DNA from: Candidatus Omnitrophica bacterium UBA6215
GTDB lineage: Bacteria; Omnitrophota; Gorgyraeia; Pluralincolimonadales; Pluralincolimonadaceae
NCBI GenBank assembly: GCA_002421665.1
Contig: DISH01000001.1
Location: 5,410-69,409, forward strand
Direction of reading: 5' to 3'
Length of the DNA: 64,000 bases
A program made the position numbers and the translations under genes. The notes beneath the pieces were generated by a model. It made no database searches, was not told where the DNA came from, and was given only the letters and a program-made list of their open reading frames with translations. Positions 18,184-29,060 of this stretch are shown here, piece after piece. Within the stretch, counting starts at the first letter, position 1; each line of letters begins with the position of its first letter.

Positions 18184-19731
18184 ATGTCAACACATAAATC
18201 GCTGGCCAAATCGGCAGGTATCATAGGATTGGGTATATCCGTAAGCCGTATCCTCGGGTTCGCCAGGGATGTTGTGATAGCCGCGATATTCGGTACATCC
18301 CTGCCATTCCAGGCTTTCGTCGTAGCTTTCAGGATACCCAACCTGCTAAGGGACCTCGTAGGCGAGGGAGCGGCGAATGCTGCGTTCGTTCCCGTGCTAT
18401 CCGCTTACGCGGCGACCAAGACAAAGGAAGAATACTGGGAGCTCGTTCGCGTAATACTTAACGGCATGCTTGTAGTACTCGCAGGCGTAACCGCTCTCGG
18501 CGTATTGCTTACCCCTGCCATAGTGGCTCTTATAGCTCCGGGATTCGTGAAGGACCCGGAGATGTTTGCCCTTACGGTGAAGCTTACAAGGTGGATGTTC
18601 CCCTATATTTTTCTTGTGGGGCTTACCGCCTATACCACCGGAGTGTTGAATTCGCTTAAGCTTTTTGGTGCTACATCGTTTAGCCAGCCTTTATGGAACA
18701 TAGCCTTCATAGCAGCGGCCCTTTTTCTTTGTCCGGTAATGAAGGTGCCTGTAATGGGCCTTGCGATTGGCATACTGGCCGGAGGATTCCTGCAATTATT
18801 GGTACAGTTGCCGCCCTTGGCGGCAAGAGGGCTGGGTTTTCCGCGCCTTGACAGGTTCAGGCACCCCGCTTCCAGGGAGATAGGAAAGCTCCTGCTCCCC
18901 AGGGCGATAGGTTCCAGCATATATCAGCTCAATGTGCTTGTCGACACGGTGCTCGCATCGCTGTCCGGGATAGTGGGCGAGGGGGCTGTCGCAGCCATAT
19001 ATTACTCCAACAGGCTTTGGATGCTGCCCCTGGCCGTATTCTCAACGGCAATATCGCAGGCGATGCTGCCGACCCTATCAGAGCATGCCGTTAAGAAAGA
19101 TATGGAAAACTTTAAAAAGACGTTGTCTTTTTCCCTGCGGTCGGTATTTTTCATAACAATACCGGCGGCGGTCGGGCTTATGGTTTTGTCGACCACGATA
19201 GTGCGCGCCCTTTTTGAGAGGGGATCCTTTGACAGTTATTCCACGCAGATAACGTCTTCGGCCCTGTTCTATTTTTCCGTGGGTCTGTGTTCATACGCGG
19301 GAGCCAAGGTGATGGTATCCGCGTTCTATTCCCTGAAAGATACCGTGACGCCGGTAAAGAACGCATTATTCGCATTCCTGCTCAATGCCGTGCTCAACGT
19401 TACGTTAATGTTCCCGATGAAAGTCGGGGGGCTTGCGCTTGCTACTTCGCTGGCAAGCGTATTTAATTTCTTTTCATTGTTTTTCCTGCTAAGGAGGAAG
19501 ATAGGCCCGCTTGGAGGCCGCGAGATAACGGTTTCTTTCCTTAAGGCCCTCCTGCCGGGATTGATCATGGGCGCCTTCCTGCTGTGGCTTGATTCGGCGC
19601 TGCACCTTAAGCCCTTACTGCGGATATCTGTCATCATTCCCGCAGGCATAATATCCTTCCTGGCCGCCTGCCTTATATTCGATGTCAAGGAATTCAAGGG
19701 GTTCATGAAATGGATATTCAGGAGAAGCTGA
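18184..19731 (+). CDS. murJ: Lipid II flippase MurJ (MviN)
   Basis: 515 aa, 14 TM segments, and a MurJ N-terminal signature (SAGIIGLGISVSRILGFARDVVIAAIFG). Confidence 0.85.
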   Translation: MSTHKSLAKSAGIIGLGISVSRILGFARDVVIAAIFGTSLPFQAFVVAFRIPNLLRDLVGEGAANAAFVPVLSAYAATKTKEEYWELVRVILNGMLVVLAGVTALGVLLTPAIVALIAPGFVKDPEMFALTVKLTRWMFPYIFLVGLTAYTTGVLNSLKLFGATSFSQPLWNIAFIAAALFLCPVMKVPVMGLAIGILAGGFLQLLVQLPPLAARGLGFPRLDRFRHPASREIGKLLLPRAIGSSIYQLNVLVDTVLASLSGIVGEGAVAAIYYSNRLWMLPLAVFSTAISQAMLPTLSEHAVKKDMENFKKTLSFSLRSVFFITIPAAVGLMVLSTTIVRALFERGSFDSYSTQITSSALFYFSVGLCSYAGAKVMVSAFYSLKDTVTPVKNALFAFLLNAVLNVTLMFPMKVGGLALATSLASVFNFFSLFFLLRRKIGPLGGREITVSFLKALLPGLIMGAFLLWLDSALHLKPLLRISVIIPAGIISFLAACLIFDVKEFKGFMKWIFRRS

Positions 19732-21020
19732 GAAGGCTTCCGGACCAGCCCGGTGTTTATATCTTCAAGGACGAAGAGGGTAAGGTCCTTTACGTCGGCA
19801 AGGCTTCGTCCCTGCGCAACAGGGTCCGTTCATATTTTCGCAATTCCGGGAACCGCGTCCCGAGGATAGAGGCCCTGATAAGGAATATTCGAGATATCGA
19901 TACCATGACGACGTCTTCCGAGGCCGAAGCCCTGCTGTATGAATCCAACCTTATCAAGGAATACCAGCCTAAGTATAACGTCGAGCTCAGGGACAGCAAG
20001 ACATACCCGCTTATCAAGATAACCATGGCGGAAGATTTTCCCCGTGTCATGACGGCCAGGGGAAGGAAGAGCGACGGTTCGATATATTTCGGACCATATA
20101 CCGATGCGGCTTTATTGCGCGAGGCGGTAAAGGCCATCCGCAGGATATTCCTGTTCAGGGCATGCGGCAACCCTTCCCGGATAGGCGCGCCACTTCCGAA
20201 GAAAGCATGCGTATACCATGGCCTCGGGTTGTGTTCCGCGCCTTGTGAAGGCAGGATATCCAGGAAGGAATATGCCGAGAGGATAAAAGAAGTCGTGCTT
20301 TTTATCGAGGGCAAGAGAGCTTCACTGTTGAGACACTTGGCCGGGAAGATGAAGGAACTTTCTGCCGCGAAGAAGTTCGAGGAGGCGGCTGCTATACGCG
20401 ACCAGATAGAGGCCCTGAGCATGTCCGTAAGCTCCCGCGCAGGCGAGGCCCCGGCGGCCTTGGGTATTTACGAATTATCAAAAGCGCTGAAGCTCAAGCA
20501 TCCTCCCAGACGCATCGAAGCTTTCGATATCTCGAATATTAAAGGGGAAGGTGCCTGCGGTTCAATGGTCTCTTTCATGGACGGGAGGCCAGACAAGGCC
20601 AATTACAGGATGTTCAGGATCAGGGGCGTTGAAGGGCAGGACGATTATGCAATGATGCGCGAGATAGTCCGCCGCCGTTATACGCGCCTTCTCAGGGAGG
20701 AGCGTGCCCTCCCTGACCTGATACTTATTGACGGCGGCCGCGGACACCTTTCTTCGGCTGCTGCCGAGGTAAAAGCACTCGGCCTGGCCCGGATACCCAT
20801 GATCGGGCTTGCAAAAGTCTTCGAGCATATATATACTTTGGATAAGGACCTGCCGATATCTTTGCCGCCTTCGTCAAGGGCGTTGCAGTTGGTGCAAAGG
20901 GTCAGGGACGAGTCCCACAGGTTCGCCATAAGATACCACCATATTTTAAGGAGAAAGGCCCTGGTAGGTGAAGAGAGCAAAAGGAAAAAAGCCCGCAAAA
21001 AGAAGAACAGAACTGTTTAA
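19710..21020 (+). CDS. uvrC: UvrC-like excinuclease (GIY-YIG + Cys4 + UVR + RNase H-like domains) lacking the C-terminal (HhH)2
   Basis: GIY-YIG (GVYIFKDEEGKVLYVGKA), a Cys cluster, a UVR motif (AAAIRDQIEAL), and the 5'-incision domain (FDISN...ILIDGG...RDESHRF). At 436 aa it ends before any HhH. Confidence 0.75.
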   Translation: MDIQEKLRRLPDQPGVYIFKDEEGKVLYVGKASSLRNRVRSYFRNSGNRVPRIEALIRNIRDIDTMTTSSEAEALLYESNLIKEYQPKYNVELRDSKTYPLIKITMAEDFPRVMTARGRKSDGSIYFGPYTDAALLREAVKAIRRIFLFRACGNPSRIGAPLPKKACVYHGLGLCSAPCEGRISRKEYAERIKEVVLFIEGKRASLLRHLAGKMKELSAAKKFEEAAAIRDQIEALSMSVSSRAGEAPAALGIYELSKALKLKHPPRRIEAFDISNIKGEGACGSMVSFMDGRPDKANYRMFRIRGVEGQDDYAMMREIVRRRYTRLLREERALPDLILIDGGRGHLSSAAAEVKALGLARIPMIGLAKVFEHIYTLDKDLPISLPPSSRALQLVQRVRDESHRFAIRYHHILRRKALVGEESKRKKARKKKNRTV

Positions 21021-21285
21021 CGGTTGTACGGAGTTTGAGGTTAGCGTATATAAATGTATCATGAAAATACCCTCCGGCCAGACGCGGACCTATGCATGGG
21101 TGGCCGGTAAGATCGGTAATCCCAAAGCCGTGAGGGCCGTAGCCCAGGCGTTGCACCGCAATCCATGGCCTCTCATAATCCCATGCCACAGGGTCGTTGC
21201 TTCCGGCGGGAAGACCGGAGGTTATGCTTTTGGGGTCGGGCTCAAGAGAACGCTTTTGTTGCTGGAGAAGGAAGGGGCGCTATGA
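20968..21285 (+). CDS. Short methylated-DNA-protein-cysteine methyltransferase (MGMT DNA-binding/active-site domain only)
   Basis: PCHRVV active-site motif and a helix-turn-helix (TRTYAWVAGKIGNPKAVRAVAQAL). Overlaps the 3' end of uvrC by 53 nt. Confidence 0.7.
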   Translation: MKRAKGKKPAKRRTELFNGCTEFEVSVYKCIMKIPSGQTRTYAWVAGKIGNPKAVRAVAQALHRNPWPLIIPCHRVVASGGKTGGYAFGVGLKRTLLLLEKEGAL

Positions 21286-21662
21286 AGAGAATACTGATAA
21301 TAGACGACGAAGAGGATTTTGCGAGGTTTATAAAAAAGAACCTTGAAGAGACGGGGGAGTTCAAGGCGGAAATGCTTAACGATGCAAAAGACGTGCTTAA
21401 GGGTGTGAAGCTCTTCATGCCGGACCTTATACTGCTGGATTTGGTTATGCCGGATATAGGCGGCCTTGAGGTATGCGAAATACTTAACAATGACAAAGAT
21501 ACACAGGAGATCCCGATAATAATAGTATCCGCTCTTGGAGGGTATACGGACATAAAAAGGGCCTATAAACTCGGTGTGATAGGTTACCTGACCAAGCCTT
21601 TCGATTTTTCGCATCTTCTTGATGAGATCAGAAAGGCTTTATCGCGCAAGGAGGGGAAGTGA
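21282..21662 (+). CDS. Single-domain response regulator (CheY-like receiver)
   Basis: MKRILIIDDEEDF...LILLDLVMPDIGGLEV...LTKPFD. The phospho-acceptor Asp sits in LDLVMPD. ATGA overlap with the upstream gene. The track start at 21165 is rejected. Confidence 0.75.
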   Translation: MKRILIIDDEEDFARFIKKNLEETGEFKAEMLNDAKDVLKGVKLFMPDLILLDLVMPDIGGLEVCEILNNDKDTQEIPIIIVSALGGYTDIKRAYKLGVIGYLTKPFDFSHLLDEIRKALSRKEGK

Positions 21663-22108
21663 TCCGCGCGCTTTTCTATGCGGTGTTATTTGCGGTCCTG
21701 TTACCGCAGGTATCCCCGGCTTCGGACTTGTCGGTTATCAAGCTGCGCGCAGGCTCCGCAGAGTTGACGGCGGAAGTAGCAGGCACTCAACAGGAGAGGG
21801 AGAAGGGGCTTATGCGCCGTTCTTCCCTGGGCGATGGTGAAGGGATGCTTTTTGTTTACGAAAACCCGCAACAGGTCGCGTTCTATATGAAGGATACTTT
21901 CATACCACTGTCATGCGCTTTTATCGATACTGACGGCGCCATCCTTGAGATACACGACCTTGAACCCCTCGATGAAACTCCGGTTGTTTCCGCTTCTTCC
22001 GAGGTAAGGTTCGTCCTGGAGGTCAACAGGGGCTGGTTTGCCAGGAACCGCGTAACCCCCGGGATGACGGTCCTCACCGACGAAGGCCTTTTATTGTCCT
22101 TGTTTTAA
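21659..22108 (+). CDS. Secreted DUF192-family protein
   Basis: Signal peptide and DUF192 core (GLMRRSSLGDGEGMLFVY...). GTG start. Confidence 0.6.
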   Translation: MIRALFYAVLFAVLLPQVSPASDLSVIKLRAGSAELTAEVAGTQQEREKGLMRRSSLGDGEGMLFVYENPQQVAFYMKDTFIPLSCAFIDTDGAILEIHDLEPLDETPVVSASSEVRFVLEVNRGWFARNRVTPGMTVLTDEGLLLSLF

Positions 22109-22119
22109 GCCCCCCAAAC

Positions 22120-22128
22120 TGGTATAAT
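22120..22128 (+). promoter_or_regulatory. Extended -10 element (TGgTATAAT) upstream of prfB
   Basis: TG-n-TATAAT at 22120-22128, 40 nt before the prfB ATG. Confidence 0.35.
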
Positions 22129-22167
22129 TTTTCTAATAATAATGCCGTTTTTCCAATAGGAGAATCC

Positions 22168-23281
22168 ATGCTTGAAGAGTTAAAGAAGAAGATCGGGGTT
22201 TCCCGCTTATCGCTTTCTGACCTGCGGAGGTATCTTTGACCTCGATACCGCCGAAAAGACCATAAGAGAATCCGAGGCCAGGATGTCGGCCCCGGGTTTT
22301 TGGGACGACCAGCAGAAAGCCAACAAGACCATCCAGGAACTTAAATCCCTTAAAGCCAAGCTAGAGCCTTGGGATGCTTCAAAAAAGGACCTCGAAGAAT
22401 TGGCCGGTCTTGCCGATATAACCGAACCCTCCGATGAGACGTCAATATCGCAACTTTCAAAGGACCTTGAGGCCCTGTCAAAGAGAATATCCGGGATAGA
22501 GTTCACCGCACTTTTTTCGGGGGAGCACGACGCTTCCAATGCCATACTATCAATAAACGCTGGTGCGGGCGGGACCGAATCGTGCGATTGGGCATCGATG
22601 CTTTTCAGGATGTATGTTCGCTACGCCCAGAACAGGGGCTACAAGGTGGATATCCTGGATTATCTCGCGGGCGAAGAGGCAGGCATAAAGAACGTTACCA
22701 TGCTTGTCAAAGGGGACCATGCTTTCGGTTACCTGAAAGCCGAGCGCGGAGTGCACCGCCTGGTAAGGATATCGCCTTTTGATTCGAACAAGAGGAGGCA
22801 CACGTCTTTCGCCTCGGTGGACGTGATACCGGAGGTAGAGGATGATATCGACATACAGGTCGATGAGAAAGACCTCAGGATAGACGTGTACCGCGCTTCC
22901 GGACCCGGCGGCCAGGGAGTGAACACGACCGACTCTGCCGTCAGGATCACCCATATCCCTACGGGCCTCGTGGTGCAGTGCCAGAACGAGCGCTCGCAGT
23001 TGAAGAACAAACATTCGGCTATGAAGGTGCTCAAGGCACGCCTTTATGAGAAGAAGATGCAGGAGCAGGAGGAGAAGCTCAAGTCGATGTATTCAGAGAA
23101 ACAGAAGATAGAATGGGGCAGCCAGATACGTTCATACGTGCTGCATCCGTATATGATGGTCAAGGACCACAGGACGGAGTTTGAGACGGGCAAGGCCGGG
23201 CAGGTCTTGGACGGGGAGCTGGATGAATTGATAGAGGCTTACATAAGGTGGTCCGCCGGCAGCGGACCGAAGGATAAATAA
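22168..23281 (+). CDS. prfB: Peptide chain release factor 2 with a programmed +1 frameshift: join(22168..22236, 22238..23281)
   Basis: Frame 0 is [23 protein letters not shown] then UGA at 22237-22239, inside the canonical AGG-TAT-CTT-TGA-C shift site with an internal SD GGAGG. The +1 frame continues DLDTAEK...GGQ motif ([16 protein letters not shown]). Confidence 0.85.
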
Positions 23282-23283
23282 TA

Positions 23284-26073
23284 ATGATAGGCAATATTTT
23301 ATCGGCGGTAATAGGCACCCATAACGACAGGGAATTGAAGAGGCTCAGGCCGAGGGTTGAGGCGATAAACGCTTTTGAGCCTAATCTCTCCGCTCTTTCC
23401 GACACCCAATTGCGCGCCAAGACGGATGAGTTCAGGGAAAGGATAAGGAGAGACCTGAACGGGCGCGACCTCAAGGCGCTGACCAGGGACGAAAGGAGGA
23501 AGGCCGAATCTGGCGTCCTCGAGGATATCCTGCCGGAAGCGTTTGCCGTTGTCCGCGAAGCCAGCAAGAGGACGACGGGAATGAGGCATTTTGACGTTCA
23601 GATGATCGGCGGAATGGTATTACATGAGGGCAAGATAGCAGAGATGACCACGGGTGAAGGAAAGACCCTGGTCGCGACCCTTCCCGCTTACCTGAATGCC
23701 CTTACGGGCCTTGGGGTGCATATAGTCACTGTCAACGACTACCTGGCCAAGCGCGACCGTTACTGGATGGGCCCGGTATTTGAATTCCTCGGGCTTAGTG
23801 TCGGCATGATACAGCATGACATGCGAGACAAGGACCGCCAGGCCGCGTATAACAGCGATGTAACCTACGGGACCAATAACGAGTTCGGGTTCGATTACCT
23901 GCGCGATAACATGAAATACAGGATCGAGGACATGGTCCAGCGCAACCTCCATTATGCCGTAGTCGACGAAGTCGATTCCATACTCGTAGACGAGGCCAGG
24001 ACGCCGCTTATCATCTCCGGTCCGGCAGAAGAATCCACGGAAAAATATTATAAGGCTGCCGAAATAGTCAGGAGCCTTTCCCGGGGCTCGAAAGACGAGG
24101 AGACCAAGGAAGAGAGCGGTGACTATATAGTCGATGAGAAGGGCCATGCCGTATACCTGACCGAGCAGGGCGAGGGCAAAGTAGTCAAGGCATGGGGAAT
24201 AAAAGACATGCATTCCCTGGAATTCGCCGAGGAGAGGCATTGCATAGAAAAAGCGCTCCTGGCGAAAGAGTTATATAAACGCGATGTTGAATATGTGGTC
24301 AAGGAAGGCGAGGTCATAATAGTCGACGAGTTCACCGGCCGTCTCATGCCCGGCCGCAGATGGTCCGACGGTCTCCATCAGGCGGTTGAAGCTAAAGAAG
24401 GGGTAAAGATCGAAAGAGAGAACCAGACGCTCGCTACTATAACCTTCCAGAATTATTTCAGGATGTTTGATAAACTCTCGGGCATGACCGGTACTGCCGC
24501 AACGGAAGCGAACGAGTTCAGCCAGATATACAAGCTTGACGTAGTGGTTATCCCCACTAACCGCCCGCTGATAAGGACCAGTTATCCCGACCAGATATAC
24601 AAGACGGAAAGGGAAAAGTTCGACGCGGTCGCAAACGAGATAGCACAGTTATACGAGAAGGGCCAGCCGGTCCTGGTAGGCACCATATCGATAGAGAAGT
24701 CCGAGCGTTTGAGCCATATGCTCCAGCGCCGCGGTATAGCCCACCAGGTGTTGAACGCAAAATACCATGAGATGGAAGCGGGTATCATAGCCCAGGCGGG
24801 CCGTTACAGGGCCGTTACCATAGCCACGAACATGGCCGGCCGCGGTACCGACATTATCCTCGGTGGAAATCCTGAATACATGGTCTTCGATTATTTCAAG
24901 CAGAAAGGCGTAGAGCCGAAAGACATCGATCCAAAGGAGAAGGCCGATATGTTGTTGAAGTTCAAGTCGAAGGCCGACGATGAGCATAACAAGGTCATAA
25001 GCTTGGGAGGCCTGCATGTGCTCGGGACCGAGAGGCATGAAGCTCGCCGCATAGATAACCAGTTGCGCGGAAGATGCGGCCGCCAGGGAGATCCCGGATC
25101 CTCGAGGTTCTATCTCTCGCTGGAAGACGACCTGATGAGGATATTCGGTTCCGACAGGATAAAGTTCATAATGGAGAAGCTGGGGATGGAAGAGGGCCAG
25201 CCGATAGAACATGCCATCGTCTCCAAATCCATAGAGACCGCGCAGAAGCGCGTGGAGGCGCACAATTTTGAGATCAGGAAACAACTGCTCGAATACGATA
25301 ACGTCATGAACAAGCAGCGCGAGGTCATATACGCCGAGAGGCGTTCTGTACTCGAAGGAAAAGACCTCAGCGAATATGTCACGGCGATGATAGAGAACGG
25401 CCTTGACGATGCTATGGACAGGTTTATGGACCCTAAGCTGCATCAGGATGAGTGGGATTACAAGGGTTTGCGCGAGTGGTTCCAGGGTAAATTAGGCATC
25501 CCGCTTCCTTTTACCGGAGAGGAACTGTTTGCCGGTACGAGGGAACAGGGCCGTGTAAAACTGCTGGAGGTTATCAATAAACATTATGAAAAGAGGGAGT
25601 TCATCCTTGGTGCTGATGTCGCGCGCCATATAGAGAAGACCATATTGCTGGAGATGATAGATTCCAAGTGGAAGGAGCACCTGTATGCCATGGACGGGCT
25701 GAAGGAAGGTATAGGGCTGCGCGCCTACGGGCAGGTAGACCCTCTCGTCGAGTATAAGAACGAGGGTTTTGCCATGTTCGAGGAGATGATGAACCGGATA
25801 CAGGATGACGCGCTCGAGTTCCTCTTTAAGGTGCAGGTCATCAGCCGGGAAGAGCCGAAAGGCGTCTTCGATTCCGTTCCCCAGCAGATGATACATAGGG
25901 ACATCGGGTCCCTGGCTTCGAGGGCTGCTTTTGCCGCTGAAGGCCAATCGCCCCAAGCTTCGCCCCAAGATGCCAAACAGGCACCCGTGGAAAGGGAAGC
26001 CCCTAAGGTTGGCAGGAATGATCCCTGCCCGTGCGGGAGCGGAAAGAAATATAAAAAATGCTGCGGCGCCTGA
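23284..26073 (+). CDS. secA: Preprotein translocase ATPase SecA
   Basis: 929 aa with DEAD motor motifs and a C-terminal zinc finger [14 protein letters not shown]. Confidence 0.95.
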   Translation: MIGNILSAVIGTHNDRELKRLRPRVEAINAFEPNLSALSDTQLRAKTDEFRERIRRDLNGRDLKALTRDERRKAESGVLEDILPEAFAVVREASKRTTGMRHFDVQMIGGMVLHEGKIAEMTTGEGKTLVATLPAYLNALTGLGVHIVTVNDYLAKRDRYWMGPVFEFLGLSVGMIQHDMRDKDRQAAYNSDVTYGTNNEFGFDYLRDNMKYRIEDMVQRNLHYAVVDEVDSILVDEARTPLIISGPAEESTEKYYKAAEIVRSLSRGSKDEETKEESGDYIVDEKGHAVYLTEQGEGKVVKAWGIKDMHSLEFAEERHCIEKALLAKELYKRDVEYVVKEGEVIIVDEFTGRLMPGRRWSDGLHQAVEAKEGVKIERENQTLATITFQNYFRMFDKLSGMTGTAATEANEFSQIYKLDVVVIPTNRPLIRTSYPDQIYKTEREKFDAVANEIAQLYEKGQPVLVGTISIEKSERLSHMLQRRGIAHQVLNAKYHEMEAGIIAQAGRYRAVTIATNMAGRGTDIILGGNPEYMVFDYFKQKGVEPKDIDPKEKADMLLKFKSKADDEHNKVISLGGLHVLGTERHEARRIDNQLRGRCGRQGDPGSSRFYLSLEDDLMRIFGSDRIKFIMEKLGMEEGQPIEHAIVSKSIETAQKRVEAHNFEIRKQLLEYDNVMNKQREVIYAERRSVLEGKDLSEYVTAMIENGLDDAMDRFMDPKLHQDEWDYKGLREWFQGKLGIPLPFTGEELFAGTREQGRVKLLEVINKHYEKREFILGADVARHIEKTILLEMIDSKWKEHLYAMDGLKEGIGLRAYGQVDPLVEYKNEGFAMFEEMMNRIQDDALEFLFKVQVISREEPKGVFDSVPQQMIHRDIGSLASRAAFAAEGQSPQASPQDAKQAPVEREAPKVGRNDPCPCGSGKKYKKCCGA

Positions 26074-27617
26074 TAATACTGCCGTTACTTTCAGCAGCGT
26101 TATTAACGCTTGCATACCCGCCTTTCGACCTGTTCTTCCTCGCATGGTTCGCCTTGATACCGATGCTGATCGCGATCCGGGGGGAGAAGCCGTCACAGGC
26201 TTTTTTCACGGGATATGTAACGGGCCTCCTGTTCTTCGGAGCCGCCCTTTATTGGGTAGGCTATGTAGCCATAATAGGCGCAGTCATACTGTCCCTGTAC
26301 CTGGCTTTCTTCTTTGGGCTATTCGCATTGGGCGTCGAGATATTATCCGTGCAATTCGAGAAGCCGCGGATCAGGTTCGCTTTTCTCGCGTCCTGCCTGT
26401 GGGTATCCGTGGAATATTTAAGGAGCCATCTCCTTACCGGTTTCGGGTGGACGCTCCTGGGGCACACCCAATGGCAAGCCCTTCCGATGATACAGGTTGC
26501 GGATATTTCCGGTGCTTACGGGGTGTCTTTCCTGGCTATCTTCACTAACCTCATAGTCTCGTCTAAGATAAAGAAAAAGATAAAAGGCTACAAGCCCGAG
26601 GCGAGATATTTGTCACTGCTGGTCATCATCCTGCTTGCGGCCATGATATACGGATACTATATACAGGGGAAAGAACCGCTTGTTGGGGATGTCAGGGTAT
26701 CGGTCATACAGGGCAATATCCCGCAGTCGCAAAAATGGGACGAGAAATATGCGGACGACATACTCGACAGGTATATCCGGCTTTCGAAAGAGGCTGCCAA
26801 GGATAGACCGGACCTTATCGTTTGGCCGGAGACCTCCGTGCCCGGTTTCCTTGAAACCGACGAGCCTCTAAGGGAGAAGGTCACTTCGCTGGCAAAGGAG
26901 TTGAATACTTATCTTCTGGTAGGGACACAGACAGAAAGGGTCCCGGAGAAGGTGCGTTATTATAACAGCGCCGTCCTGATATCGAACAAGGGTGCGATAG
27001 TAAAGCGCTACGACAAGATACACCTTGTCCCGTTCGGGGAATATGTCCCGTTCGGCGACGGTTTCCTGTCTTTCGTCAAGAAACATTACGACATGGGAGA
27101 GGATTACTCGCCCGGGGACAAGTATACGATATTCGAGATACCATCGCGCAAAGCCGGTAACGTAAAGTTCGGCGTCCTGGTCTGTTTTGAGGATGTCTTC
27201 CCCGAGATATCTTCGAGCTTTGCCAGGTTAGGCGCCGAATTCCTCGTTGTCATAACCAATGATGCCTGGTACATGCAGACAGGCGCGCCTTACCAGCATA
27301 CGCAGTCTTCCGTTTTTCGGGCCGTCGAGAACAGGCTTAATATAGTGAGGGCGGCAAATACGGGCCAATCGTGTTTTATCGATGATACGGGCAAGATCTT
27401 CCAGAAGGTAAAAGACTCCCGGGGCCGCGATATATTCGTAACCGGATTCGCCACTGCTGATATTGTCGCAAAGAGGTCATCTTCGTTCTATATGAGGCAT
27501 GGGGACTTATTTGCCTGGACGTGCACCTGGGTTTTTTTGTTTGACTTAACCCTTTATTCAATCTATAATTATATCAATTTAAAGCGGAAAAAATGGAAGA
27601 AATCAACGACCTTATAA
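26058..27617 (+). CDS. lnt: Apolipoprotein N-acyltransferase
   Basis: N-terminal multi-TM region plus a CN-hydrolase domain (VCFEDVFPE...). Confidence 0.8.
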   Translation: MLRRLIILPLLSAALLTLAYPPFDLFFLAWFALIPMLIAIRGEKPSQAFFTGYVTGLLFFGAALYWVGYVAIIGAVILSLYLAFFFGLFALGVEILSVQFEKPRIRFAFLASCLWVSVEYLRSHLLTGFGWTLLGHTQWQALPMIQVADISGAYGVSFLAIFTNLIVSSKIKKKIKGYKPEARYLSLLVIILLAAMIYGYYIQGKEPLVGDVRVSVIQGNIPQSQKWDEKYADDILDRYIRLSKEAAKDRPDLIVWPETSVPGFLETDEPLREKVTSLAKELNTYLLVGTQTERVPEKVRYYNSAVLISNKGAIVKRYDKIHLVPFGEYVPFGDGFLSFVKKHYDMGEDYSPGDKYTIFEIPSRKAGNVKFGVLVCFEDVFPEISSSFARLGAEFLVVITNDAWYMQTGAPYQHTQSSVFRAVENRLNIVRAANTGQSCFIDDTGKIFQKVKDSRGRDIFVTGFATADIVAKRSSSFYMRHGDLFAWTCTWVFLFDLTLYSIYNYINLKRKKWKKSTTL

Positions 27618-29041
27618 AGCAGCGTCTTATAAAACTCGATAACCTGAGGGCCGGCGGCATCGATCCCTATGGGGAAAAATTCGCTAAGTCCACGGATATC
27701 AACGGGTTATTGTCAAGGTTCGACGAAGCCGCCTCCCGGGAAGAGAAGGTTGCCGTTGCCGGAAGGGTCATGGCCGTGCGTTCCCACGGAAAATCCTGTT
27801 TCATCGACATAAAGGATTCCACCGGAAAGATACAAAGCTACATAAAAGCGGCAGAACTGCCTGATAAGGCGAAGGTATCTTTCGAGAACCTCGATATAGG
27901 CGATATCGCAGGGGTCAACGGCAAGGCTTTCAAGACGAGGACCGGGGAACCCACCATTCATGCCGAGGATTTCAGGATACTTTCTAAATCCATAAGGCCT
28001 CTACCGGAGAAGTGGCACGGGCTTAAGGATGTGGAGATAAGGTACAGGCAGAGATATGTTGACCTCATCGTGAATGATGAGGTCAGGAAGGTCTTTGAAC
28101 TGCGCATAAAGATGATAGCGCGTATCAGGGCTTTTCTTGACGGCAGGGGTTTTATGGAAGTCGAGACCCCGATGATGCAATCGATGCCAGGAGGCGCTAC
28201 CGCCGAGCCTTTCAAGACACACCACGAAGCGCTCGGCATGGACCTTTATATGAGGATAGCTCCCGAACTTTTCCTTAAAAGGCTGCTTGTCGGAGGGTTC
28301 GAGAAGGTCTATGAGATAAACAGGAATTTCAGGAATGAGGGTATTTCCCCGCGCCATAATCCGGAATTCACGATGATAGAGGTATACCAGGCGTACGGGA
28401 ATTGCGCCGACATGATGTCACTTACCGAAGAACTGATAACCGGATTGGCTTCGGACCTTTTGGGAAGCTATAAGGTCAAGAATGCCGCCGGGGAGGAGAT
28501 AGATCTTACCCCGCCATGGGAGAGGATACCTTTCCGCGAGGCGATAATCAGGTATTCGGGGATAGATTACAAAAAAGAAAAGGACCTCAAGAAGGTCGCT
28601 AAAGACATGGGTCTGGATATAAGGGAGGCTAAGCTTGACGAGGAATTTGCCAACAAGATATTTGAGAAAACCGTTGAGCCAAAGCTCATCAAGCCGACGT
28701 TCATAGTCGATTATCCGGCTGTCTTGTGCCCTTTATCGAAGAAAAAACCCGAAGACGCGGAGCTTACCGAGAGGTTCGAGCTTTTTATTAACGGACAGGA
28801 GCTCGCGAATGCTTATTCCGAGCTTAATGATCCCGTTGAACAGAAGGCCAGGTTCGAGGAACAAGCCCGCGCTGCCGGGTCCGGGGCCATAGACGAGGAT
28901 TTTGTACGGGCCCTTGAGTACGGGATGCCTCCGGCAGGCGGCCTCGGCATAGGAATAGATAGGCTTGCCATGTTGCTGTCCGGGTGTGACTCGATCAAGG
29001 ACGTGATATTCTTCCCGCAGTTAAAACCGGAACAGCTGTAA
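27593..29041 (+). CDS. lysS: Lysyl-tRNA synthetase (class II)
   Basis: OB-fold N-terminus and class II motifs (FRNEGISPRHNPEFTMIE...GGLGIGIDRL). Confidence 0.9.
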   Translation: MEEINDLIKQRLIKLDNLRAGGIDPYGEKFAKSTDINGLLSRFDEAASREEKVAVAGRVMAVRSHGKSCFIDIKDSTGKIQSYIKAAELPDKAKVSFENLDIGDIAGVNGKAFKTRTGEPTIHAEDFRILSKSIRPLPEKWHGLKDVEIRYRQRYVDLIVNDEVRKVFELRIKMIARIRAFLDGRGFMEVETPMMQSMPGGATAEPFKTHHEALGMDLYMRIAPELFLKRLLVGGFEKVYEINRNFRNEGISPRHNPEFTMIEVYQAYGNCADMMSLTEELITGLASDLLGSYKVKNAAGEEIDLTPPWERIPFREAIIRYSGIDYKKEKDLKKVAKDMGLDIREAKLDEEFANKIFEKTVEPKLIKPTFIVDYPAVLCPLSKKKPEDAELTERFELFINGQELANAYSELNDPVEQKARFEEQARAAGSGAIDEDFVRALEYGMPPAGGLGIGIDRLAMLLSGCDSIKDVIFFPQLKPEQL

Positions 29042-29060
29042 CCGAGATATCTTCGTAAAT

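Noticed and set aside
24649-25443. 264-aa - strand ORF inside secA
   Set aside because: Antisense to an unambiguous secA, with no recognisable motifs.
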